Of a stretch of 41,315 bases of DNA, positions 20,886 to 31,480 are shown piece after piece. This stretch comes from Paraspadella gotoi (lineage: Eukaryota; Animalia; Chaetognatha). A program made the translations under genes and the position numbers. A model generated the notes under the pieces. The model worked only from the letters and a program-made list of their open reading frames with translations. It searched no databases and was not told the DNA's origin. Within the stretch, counting starts at the first letter, position 1; each line of letters opens with the position of its first letter. The DNA lies in assembly GCA_051294375.1 (NCBI GenBank), contig JBJCIZ010000639.1, positions 1 to 41,315 on the forward strand. Reading direction: 5' to 3'.

Positions 20886-22274
20886 ATGAACACTTCTGAA
20901 AGAGGAGGTTCAGTCATGAAACTCGGAGGATTTGAATTCCTTTTAAGAAAGGACAGGTTAGGAAAAAATGGTGAAAAAACATGGCGATGTCGCGAGTCCA
21001 GAAAATTTAAATGCCCAGCCTCCATTAGGACTTTGAATGATCAGGTCCTAGAAGGGCAAGGAAATGCAAACCACTCACATCCTGGAGATCCTGTGCGGAG
21101 TGAAGTGCGGCACCTACAGTCCCGAATTCGGAATGATTCTATCCGAGGCCAAGAATCTACAAGTACTATTTTGTCAACTCATTTGACTGATGTTAATCGA
21201 GACGTTCTTCAACGTTTGCCCAAGAAAGACAGTCTCGCGGCAAACGTCAGAGCAAAGAGAAGAAATACAAACCCTACAAACCCAAATCCTCAAAACAGGT
21301 CTTTTGAAATTCCTGAAAGATATCAAAACATGATTCTTCATGACACAGGCTCACAGGATCCAAATAGGATTCTTGTTTTGGGAGATTTGGATCTTGTGAG
21401 ATCACTTGAAAGTGAGGACTTGTGGCTTGGCGATGGTACATTTAGTGTAGTGCCACATATGTTTTTTCAACTTTATACAATTCATGCTAAAATTGGGACC
21501 AAATATCCCCCATGCATTTACTTTCTTCTGCCAAATAAAACACAGGATACGTACATCAGGATGCTAGAAGCCCTGGTCATAATCCTCCCAAATTCAAATC
21601 CTCAAACAATTCTTTTGGATTTTGAAAATGCGGCTCAAAATGCCTTCAGACTGACTTTTCCCAATGCCGCCATTAAAGGCTGTCTCTTCCACTTAGGCCA
21701 ATCTGTTTTGAGAAAAGTGGCAGAACTCGGTCTAAAAACAGAATATGAAGGAGACGCTGACTTTAACATCGCCATTAAATCCCTCATCGCTTTATCTTTT
21801 GTTCCCGAAATTGAGGTTTTAGAACGATTTATAGAATTGGCTGATACCATTCCTCCTTTAGACAGAGTAGAGGAACTTCTTTCATTCTTTGAAATCACCT
21901 ACATTCAGGGAAGGGATAGAGGCCAGGGAAGAGGAAGGGCTCCTGCACGCTATCCTCCAGAGATCTGGAATCACTTTACGGCACCAAGAGGAAATGTTCC
22001 TAGAACCACTAATGCTGTTGAGGGATATCATAATGGCCTCAATTCATTGTTTCTGTCTCAGCATCCAAGTATCTGGAAACTGATGGATGGCCTTAAGAAG
22101 GACATTTCCATGCACTTAAAGACACAAGCTGATGTGCAGGTAATGAACGACCCACCTGCACGACAAAAATATGTGATTTTGTCCATGAGATTAGCAGCTA
22201 GGATTGATAGCTATGCCAATGCTCATGACAAATTAGCTTATTTAAGATCTGTTGCACATATTTTCAGCTCTTAA
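20886..22274 (+). CDS. Mutator-superfamily (Phantom-type) transposase with N-terminal FLYWCH zinc finger
   Basis: 462-aa intact ORF. FLYWCH W33-x-C35-x7-C43-x19-H63-x-H65; MULE motifs D183 (GDGTF), FQLYTIH, PCIYFLLPNKT, D245 (LDFE), C266-x-x-H269, WN, and E379 (RTTNAVEGYH). Confidence 0.95.
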   Translation: MNTSERGGSVMKLGGFEFLLRKDRLGKNGEKTWRCRESRKFKCPASIRTLNDQVLEGQGNANHSHPGDPVRSEVRHLQSRIRNDSIRGQESTSTILSTHLTDVNRDVLQRLPKKDSLAANVRAKRRNTNPTNPNPQNRSFEIPERYQNMILHDTGSQDPNRILVLGDLDLVRSLESEDLWLGDGTFSVVPHMFFQLYTIHAKIGTKYPPCIYFLLPNKTQDTYIRMLEALVIILPNSNPQTILLDFENAAQNAFRLTFPNAAIKGCLFHLGQSVLRKVAELGLKTEYEGDADFNIAIKSLIALSFVPEIEVLERFIELADTIPPLDRVEELLSFFEITYIQGRDRGQGRGRAPARYPPEIWNHFTAPRGNVPRTTNAVEGYHNGLNSLFLSQHPSIWKLMDGLKKDISMHLKTQADVQVMNDPPARQKYVILSMRLAARIDSYANAHDKLAYLRSVAHIFSS

Positions 22275-23250
22275 ACATTTCATATTTTCATTATTACTAA
22301 AAAAATTAAGTTTTTGCTTTTTAGTTATCATCGTTTTTATCAATGTGACCCATTGTTTGAATGTCTGTATAAATTTAACAATGTCTAATACTGCAAGAAA
22401 AACGAAAATATTTTTTAGATTTATAATTTATTAATTTTTCTATATAATCTTTTTTAGTAATATACCCTTATTAATAAAAAGTATATGAGAAATCCTCATA
22501 TCTATTTTAGTGCAAAAAATATTGCATTAATGATTTTTTTTACCTAGTGGTTAAAAATCAGCGCTGATTTCTAATTTGTCAGAAAACTAAGCAAATCTTA
22601 GTTCCCGACAGACAAATTAGAAGGCTTTTGATTTTGATTGATATTAAATTTCAGTTTTTGCTTCATAAAAAAAAATTTTAAAAAAAGCCTGTTTTTGACA
22701 GAAAAGTTAAAAATTCGTGGTTTGTTGTTTGGTTTGTTGCGCAAGGGCAAAGTGGTCGATTACAAAAAAAAACAAAAAAAAAACAAAAAAAAATAAAGAA
22801 TACAAAAACAAAAAAACGATACAAAAAAAAAAAAAAACAAAAACAAAAAAAACAAAAAAAACAGTAAACCACCTATGCCAAGTTGCAAGTCTTGGAGGCA
22901 GAAGAGTGAGCACTGGTTAGTTACAATAAGTGGTTAGTAACCACTGGTTACGGTTATTAAAGTGGAGCTCTTGGGATATTAGATATTTCCTGAATAAAAT
23001 TACAACCAAAATATATATAGTACCCGAAGCGTCGAGTGTCCCTTTTCCAGGGATGAAATAATTCTTTTATTTTTACGTCCAATGAGCTGATATTTGAACA
23101 AATTAGTCTAAAATTAAAATCGGATTATTCTAAACCACTTAAAAATAGTTTTTTAATCACAGACAAGATTTCAAGTCAATTGATTCATCCAAACATAAAT
23201 ACAGGAGAAAGGATGGACAGACAGACAGATGGACAGACAAATGTTTGAAG

Positions 23251-23476
23251 TTTTTATCGTCGCAATCGCTTAACGTTTGCGACGATATTGTAACGCTTTT
23301 GCGCATAAGTGGCGTCGTCATCGTCTTCGTCGTCGTTGTCGTCAGCGTTCCAAATTATAGATCGCCTTTTTATCGTCGCAATCCCTTTGCGTTTGCAACG
23401 ATATTGCTGTGGTTTTGCTCATAAGTGGCGTCGTCGTTGTCGTCGTCGTCGTTGGCGTTCCTAATTATAGATCGCC
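23251..23476 (+). mobile_element. Tandemly duplicated 5' end (2 x 116 bp) of a second HINE-like family
   Basis: T5 + ATCGTCGCAA...TTGCGACGAT inverted repeat + (GTC)n, present twice. Matching 3'-type ends (TTGCGACGATC..TTATGCTTTTAAGATTTT) occur at ~16924-16957 and ~38083-38114, and inverted at ~28722-28763. Confidence 0.65.
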
Positions 23477-23853
23477 TTTTTTATGATTAAATTGGAATGT
23501 ATGAAGCTAAAAATTTATATACAGCTTCTCATCATCTATGTGCTTAAAATTGAGTCTGGACAGTTATTAAATATGTTTTGTTTACGTTTTATCAAAACAA
23601 ACAAATTTTCTCTCTTTTATTTTTATATTTATTTCTCTCTTTCTTTTCTCTTTTAATTACATGTTTCTCTCCCTCTCTCTTTTCCCGAGTTACTGATTCA
23701 TAGGGAAAAAAAACGAGTCTGCAACTGGCTCTGCAGCGGCTTATTCTTTTTCTCTCTTTTTTCCTGCTGATTCTGCTGCTGCCTTTTGATTACTTTCTTT
23801 TTTTCTGGGTGCCTCTGCTGCTGCCGCTGCTGATTCGTCCGAAAACGATTTGG

Positions 23854-23884
<31 letters not shown>

Positions 23885-23989
23885 GCGTTTTTATTTAAAA
23901 AAAAATTGAATTAGGATTGAACTCGTAAAACTAGGTATTTTGTTATCATTTTGCTATCGCAAACATCTTCTCGTCACTCTCTCTTTATT

Positions 23990-24305
23990 TTTATTTTTTT
24001 CCTTTCTATTCTTTCTTTCCTTTCTATTCTTTTTTCCTTTCTATTCTTTTTTTCCTTTCTATTCTTTCTTTCCTTTCTATTTTTTCTTTCCTTTCTATCC
24101 TTTCTTTCCTTTCTATTCTTTCTTTCCTTTCTATTCTTTCTTTCCTTTCTATTCTTTTTTTCCTTTCTATTCTTTCTTTTCTTTCTTTTCTTTCTTTCCT
24201 TTCTCTTCTTTCTTTCTTTTCTTTTTTTTTCCTTTCTTTTCTTTCTCTTTTTTCTTTCCTTTCTTTTCTTTCTCTTTTTTCTTTCCTTTCTTTTCTTTCT
24301 ATTCT
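23990..24305. repeat. Pyrimidine-rich 18-bp minisatellite (TTTCCTTTCTATTCTTTC)
   Basis: Direct tandem copies; explains the F/S/L-rich ORFs here. Confidence 0.9.
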
Positions 24306-26089
24306 TCCCTGCTCATCGACCTGCTTGTGACTACAGTAACTTTTCTCTAGACTCCACGAAGTTCAGGGAACTCTCTCATTTACTCTTCGATATTATGAGG
24401 GACGAATTGCTATTATAAGATTTCTTTCATTATATTCCGGAAGGATCAGGATGCGGATTTACAATCGGCAGGTGGCTCTTTATTGTTTACTCTTTACCTG
24501 TGATCGACCTATTTTTATTAAGAAATTTTCAAAATTTTCGCTCGAAGCCCTAAATTTTTTTAAAATTATTTTCTCATCTAGTCTTAAAAGTATTAACCCA
24601 AAATAAATAATTAAAGAAATTTTTATTAATAAGTCGTCCTAAGTTGAAGCTATAAAATGACGTAAAAAAAATTAAAATTATTTCTATTTTTTATGTTATT
24701 TTGAAAAGTTGTAAAAAAGCTATGATACCATTGTTCCTTTAAAAAGAGTTCACTTTTAAAAATTTTGGATACAAACAATTGTTCTCTCTCGCGAGATTGT
24801 TGTAAGATTACTTTATCATTTAAAAAAATTGTATTATATAATGAATGAAAATCTTTTTTATAATTTGTCAAAAAAAAGGAATGATCTAAATATATATGTT
24901 TAAATCTGAATTGTCTCAGTACATCTAAAAAGTAGAAGCTATAACTGATTCCAAATATACTTTCACATTTAAAAAATATTTTTTACAACACAGAAGTATT
25001 TATTTACAAAGCGACAAAAAATTTGAAAATCAACCTTTTTTTAAAGCTTAATAAAAACTGATGGAATGAATATTATTCAAATGAAATTTTGCATTCTATA
25101 TCCAAATAACCAACCATTTTAAGACAACCAAAACTTGCAACCACTCACCTTCCCAAAAAAAGATATACATTGAAAAAGATAGATTTTTTAATTTGAAATC
25201 TATTTTTTTAACTTTCAATGAATTTGATCGTTATTAATTAAAAAAATCATAATAGATCAGCTAGTTCCTGGGATAATCTATATACTCAATAAGTATTCAT
25301 TCTGTCAAGATCCACAGTTAGAATTTATAAAAATGGCTAATGATTGGTCAAATAAATATTGTAGGTAAATTTTGGAAGAAAATGATTGAATTAATTTAAT
25401 CTTTTATGTTCACCATAAGATAACCCCTTTTCAAAGTTTTCTTGTTCCAAACATCTGCCTCGGCAAAGACAAAAAGAAGGACCCTGTTATGCAACTTACC
25501 ATAGGTAAGGTCGACTGTCTTGAAAATAATCTAACAAAGATAACAAGACCAAAATATTATTTAAGCGCTTTGCTTCATTAATCATTAACGATTCCCCAGT
25601 TGTTGTCAAAGTCTGAAAAATTTGCATCGCTGCTTTTAGTTAAGGTTATTGAGGGGTTGTTGAAAAATGGGTCAGTGTGAAACAGTAATGAAAATAGTGA
25701 TTGAGAGATTAATGGAAAGAATGAAATATTCAATGTGAGATTGATGGAGAGAAAGAAAGATTGATTGGGAAATTGATAGAGAGAAAGGAAGAGAGAGTGA
25801 GAGTTTGACGGAGAGAAAGAAAAATTGAGAAATTGAAGGTGAAAAAAAAAGATTGATTAAGAAATTGATGTAGAGAAAGAAAGATTGATTGAGAGATAAT
25901 AAAATAATATTATGGCAACGTGAATACTGAATAGTCAAACCAGGCATAAATTAGACAAAGTTTTAAATATTTAAAAATTAAAATTTTTTAAAAATAGATT
26001 CTGATAAAGATTAAAAAGTTAGATAAAGGTAAGTACTACCAATTTTAAAAATATTAATGATAAATGGGTTAAAATTAGACTTTTACTCA

Positions 26090-26364
26090 CTCTTCATCCC
26101 TGTCCTCATCTTCACCTATTCTCACATCTGACCACTGTCCCTTACTAAATTCTTTGTTGGAAACTCTCTCTCTCCTCTCTCTCTCTCTCTCACCAACTCA
26201 ATGTTGTAAAAAAAATTTTGTGTCTTTTTAAAATGCTAATGAAGGCTTGAAGACAAACCGAAACATGTCCAAATTTTTATGCTAATAAAATTATTTTGTT
26301 GTTCCACGAAAATTTCGTTTCTTCTAATTCAACAAAACAACAAAAAAGAAAGGATTAACACAAT
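26090..26364 (+). mobile_element. Penelope-like pseudo-LTR fragment with mutated hammerhead and tail
   Basis: Similar to 10680-10870; CUAAUGA A GGCUUG aaga CAAACC GAAACAUGUC at 26236-26269 (G5A); ends AAAGGATTAACACAAT, like the tails of the other copies. Confidence 0.7.
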
Positions 26365-26402
26365 GTCTACCGAAAAAAACCTTAAAAATTATCATCATTC
26401 AT

Positions 26403-26915
26403 TGTTGAGGAACTTGTAGTCAAGCCTGCCTTGCCAGGTGTATCTCCATCCTATGACCCGCCGCCATTACTGGGAGAACTGCCGTCAACTTCCCTCGTCG
26501 CCGGAATTGGGCGCGGCCGCATCCAGCGCCCCTTTGGTGGTGCCGTTGCGAGTGACGCTGAGACCCTTTGTTGGCGAGGGTTCAGCCTCTTTGTCACTGC
26601 CTCAGTCAGTTTTCCACAAGTCCATCAAAAGTGCCTGGGTCGAAAGTGTGGGACACCACAAGTCTATTGCCCACGTTACAAAACGTCATGATCTGCTACA
26701 AGTGGTGACAAAACGTGACTGAGTGGCAACGTGCCTCAGGTCCCTGTTAAAAAGGCCGTTTTAGGACGGGCTGAGGTCTCACAGTGACTGGTCTCTCTGT
26801 GAAACGTGAAAAGGTAAAGAGCATAGAAGTAGCACACAGATAGGCTTGAGTAGACAAATGTAGAAAACGAATCATGATGAGCAAAATAACAGATGAGCAA
26901 CGGCATCTCTCAACA
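26403..26915. mobile_element. Putative solo LTR
   Basis: 513-bp GC-richer island bounded by the perfect 7-bp inverted termini TGTTGAG/CTCAACA. No clean TSD. Confidence 0.5.
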
Positions 26916-27332
26916 ATAATCATCCCATTAAATTTAATAGTTTTGTTAATTTTCATAGACAAATCATTAAAATTTCAAAAAGTTGTAATAATAACCTTCT
27001 TCTAATCTTTCAAGCTTCTATCAGAATCCGTTAAAAAAATTAGAATTTAAAAAAAAAAATTTTGGACATTATATAGTATTTGGATAATATAAAATAGCTT
27101 CCATGCGTTTAACCATAATATAAATATTAATTTTTTTAAATTTTTTACGATCTTTAATAAACACATTAACAATATTTATACCAGACTTTTGTTAGTTCAT
27201 TACTTATTACTCACTTTGTCGGTCCGTCGTCCTCCCCAACTTTTGTTGGTAAATCATTTTATTATGAGTCAGAAAATCGAATTATGATAAAATAATGCAA
27301 AAAAAAGAATTTGAGATTCAACAACAATTTTT

Positions 27333-28690
27333 AGTCGATCTGCTTATTCAAGCAGATCCCGGACTCTATAACTCACTTTTTTATAACTCACTTTTTCGGC
27401 CGTCGGTCCGCCCCCTTCAATATTGTCGTGGCTGCACACAACTTACTATCATGTCAGAACACTCGAATATGACTAAATTATGCACAAAAGAAACTGATGT
27501 CCGTCCGTCCGTCTGTCTGTCCGTCCGTCCGCTTCCGTCCGCTCCCACCTTAGTGCAAAAACACCAATTTACTCGTGATTGGACTGGATGGATTAAATGA
27601 AATTTTGTCGGCATGGTCCCTTGGTGTGCGTGAGGAATTGTCATAAGGGGAGAATGATAGGGAGAGTCCGATATGTGCGGATTAAGACGTAAGTTGTGCA
27701 TTGAGCTGTATTAACTACGGATACTAATTTCCGATGGTTTTATCGGTACCGAGTGAAATGAGTTTTAAATGGAAAAAACAAAAAAAAATATCATTTTCAC
27801 TATTTATGAAACACCAATCTTGCTCATGACAGTCGGATGGGCTGATTGACCTGGAATTTGATGTGGGTAGGAATTTAGTGTAATACTACAATAGCGTGAT
27901 TGAACAGAGAATCACAGTTTCAGGCTGATGGAATAGTTGAGTGTAATGATTAAATGGAAAAAAAACAATAAAAACCTGTATGGTACTAATTGATCTATGC
28001 TTCTTTTTCCTTTTATATTAAAGTGTATCTGCAGGGATGTATAATAAATCAAATAATTAATTCACGTTTAATTGAATTCATTAGTATAATAAATTAATAA
28101 CAATATTAATTATATTCGTCAATCAATCCGCTCCATCTCGTCCATCTTAGCAAAAAGCTTCCAATACTCGTTGACTTGGCTGTTTGGATTGGATATTTAA
28201 TTTTGTGTGTGGGGTGGAAAGGTGCTTACGTGATAAAGCATGTGGATATAAAATTTCGATTTGGAATCGTGCTTGTGGTGGAACATTAGGCTTAAATTGC
28301 GAAAAAACATGTAATTCAGATATTTACTAAAATCTTTATTACTTATTTTTAGAAGCAGCCAATGACCAATAAATACTCCAATTTAATCATAATGGATGGA
28401 TAGATTGAGTTTGAAATTTTGGAAGGTAGTGAGTGCGGTAGGGAAACGTATGACGAAAGCTTGATATAAAGTTCCAGTGGAAACGTACCAGTTGGAAAAT
28501 GTAGATTTTAAATGAAAAAAATAATGAGTCACATTTACTGGAATTCATTTTATATATTATTTTACCCGGATGATTTATAAGAGCTATAGCATTTAGAGTC
28601 ATGATCATTTATTTGTATGAGACCTTACAAGGTAGGAAAGTGAGTGATTAGAAGCTAGATATAAAGTTTGACCGGAATGCAGTGAAAAAA
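27333..28690 (+). mobile_element. HINE-like element, same family as 38624-39912, indel-rich copy
   Basis: T5-AGTCGATCTGC..GCAGATCCCGGACT hairpin, (GTCC/GTCT)n at ~27499-27541, internal repeats. A matching 3' end appears only at ~35700-35879. Confidence 0.75.
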
Positions 28691-29329
28691 TGATGCAAGT
28701 TTTGAAAAAATGATGCAAAGTTAAAAAAATCTATAAAAGCATAAGGATCTTGTCGCTATTGCATAAAAAATGAGAGAGAGGAGAGAGAGATAAGAGTCGA
28801 GAGTGAGAGAGAGAGCGAGAGAGAATGAGAGAGAAAGATTTAGAGAGAGTGAGAGACAGAAGAAGAGAGTAGCATGAGAAATAGTGAGAACAATAAATTT
28901 ATAAAAAATCTTTAAAAGACTCAAGATCGAAAGCCAGAGAGTAAATAACTATGGACCTTCCGGGTACTATCATAGATACAAATTAATTACACAAAAAACC
29001 TCCGGTCGATACATAAATATACGAGATCGTTACTAATGAATCATGCGATAACGCAATTGTTGATGTACTAGTAATTGATTGAGGAATACTAATTGATTGA
29101 TTGTTCGTGAACTCAGAGTGAATTATTTCGATTGTAATAGTGTTATCATTTTGATTAGTGCAATTTCTTAGCAACTGAATTACAATCGGAAATTATTGAT
29201 AGTTACTTATGCGATGATAGTCATTCACTGCCTGCTGATAAGTCATATCAGTACATTCGAGAGTGAAAGTGTACCGAATTAGTTGTTTGGAACATCTAAA
29301 ATTTGTACTATTTCATGATTCAGGCTACA

Positions 29330-31480
29330 ATGATTGATACTGTGTCTATTTGTTGAAATTTGATCTCGGGGAAATATTAAAATAGAATAACCAGCCTGCA
29401 ATACTCTAATGGACCAAAAATCGGCAATCCAATGCTTGTCCTCTCGTGTCCCTGTCTTATGAGGTTGAAAGAGAGAGTAGAGACTCGACCGCCGACGCCG
29501 GCCTCTTGCTCCTCAGACATTCTCTACGAGACGCGACCGAGAGATGAGAGAGAGAGAGAGACGGAGCTGAGAAGCCCGAGAAAAGAGGAGAATGTGCGAG
29601 TGGCGCACGACGCCAGTCCACTATTTAGGACCGCTTCTCCGTGAACCATGGGCCGACGCCATCCGCACGATAAATGCAACATTGTCATAACAGAGCTCAT
29701 TGTCGGCTTCGCATGAGGATGAGGTGACGAGATTGGAACCATGTATTGTTGATATACTTATGGGAAGGAAGTCTTTCCGTGTCGGTGACGGTGTCGACGG
29801 CGCGACCGGAGTTGATATCTTTTGAGATGACTGATGATCATGATGCTACGGAAATGTATCTGTGGAGTGGTAATCTGATTAAGATTGTCGAAGGTTCTCC
29901 AAACGCATTAGGTTAGGTCATGAAAAATAAACTAAAAAACCCAAGAGGGACAATCAAAAAAAAAAAAAAAAAGCATTGCGACCTTTGGTCATAATTATAT
30001 TTCTGAATTTTGAACATGAATAAACTAATGATGAACGAATGAATGGAAAAAATGAAGTGAGAGATGAATGAGAAATGAATGCAATGGATCAAAATGATAG
30101 ATGGAGATGGAAGGCCAGATATGAGTGAAGAGAGAAGAGAAGAAGATAGACAGGGAATAAGAGAAAGCGGAGTACAAAAGAAGAGGCAAGGAAGCAGTCG
30201 AAGCAATGGTGTAGGTCCCTCGAGAAGAGAATGATATGAAGCTGTGACGTAGAGCTAGAGTGCCAACACGAGGATGGTGATTATGTCGACATCGGATGGC
30301 CTCCTGAGTTGACGTAAGGGCTCGCTCCGGTTTTCGTGTGTAGGTGTTGGAGAGAGAGGGATGAGGCGGGGATGCGAAGACATCAAGTTGCAGTGTTGAC
30401 TGTATGTTTCGGGAGAGTTGTAGGAGAGAACATCGAGAGGGTATAGAGGCGAGCCGGTACGGCAAGCCGCGGGCGTGTTTCGGGAGGAACTGAGAATACT
30501 TGAGAGTGTGACGATGAGATCAGCGGGACGGGTGAGCATCTGTAGGAGAGAGAGAATGCTGGACGAGGGAGCGGCCGGAGGAAGCGGACTTGGGGCGGGG
30601 AAGGAAAGAGAGAGGTCGCCTGGACGGGAACGATGGCTCTTAACCTGGCCGAGGGAGGCTGACGGGAGAGGAAGAGAGAAAGGAAATAAAGATTAGATCG
30701 ATAGTGCGCGCGAGTGTGCGGTCGTGGAATTCATGACCTGTGAGGAGGGATTCCGATAGTTTGATATTGAGACAATGGCTTTGTCATCCATATTTTCAAT
30801 TCATTTGTCAGTTTATTTAGTGTGCAGTCAAAAAAAATTCCAGAGATAATTATGACAAAGTTCGCCATATAAAGAACAAAAAAAAAAAAAAGATTTTTTT
30901 TTTTTCTTTGATGTGTCTCTGGGATGAGTTATTATTATTTCATGGGACTAAACTAGTTCTTGGAGAGTGAGACCACAATTCTAAAAGTACATCCTTAAAT
31001 AAATTTCGAGCGTACAGCAGTCTTGATATCGATCTCCAAAAGAATAACCTGGGCGTGTGGACACGGTCACCGACACGAAAGCTCACTCTCCATAGATAAC
31101 AAACATACGCTAATCGGTCAACTCATCTCATCGAAGCCGAAAATGAGTTTACAGTTTGATTTAGTGGCAGGGTAGCCGTGACCCATGCAACGGAGAGAAG
31201 CGTCATGTGAGGTGGCGTTGATTGACGTCGCCAAGCAATCGAGGTGCGGTTAGATCAGGGAGAGCAAAGAGAGATGGCGGGTGAACCTGGTGATCAGAAG
31301 TGATGAAACTGGAAGTTGTGGTGAGAGACAAGGACAAGGGAGCGAGGATATTGCGTCATTAGGTCTCGGAGTTCTCTATATTTCCGAATACTTGCAAAAC
31401 TCATGCCTGTTCGACGCAATTGATATATTTAGAATGATTCAAACCATGTACCTTTTCATGTGATTGTAGTATAATCGCGT
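29330..31480. repeat. Large, very noisy inverted duplication (~29330-30060 vs ~30780-31480)
   Basis: Collinear inverted anchors, e.g. CGTGTCGGTGACGGTGTC vs GACACGGTCACCGACACG and GTCATAATTAT vs ATAATTATGAC, with dense indels. Confidence 0.7.

Noticed and set aside
23940-24418. 136-aa and 155-aa hydrophobic ORFs (similarly 1738-2016, 4543-4936, 22678-22920)
   Set aside because: Translations of CT/GA or A/T microsatellites.
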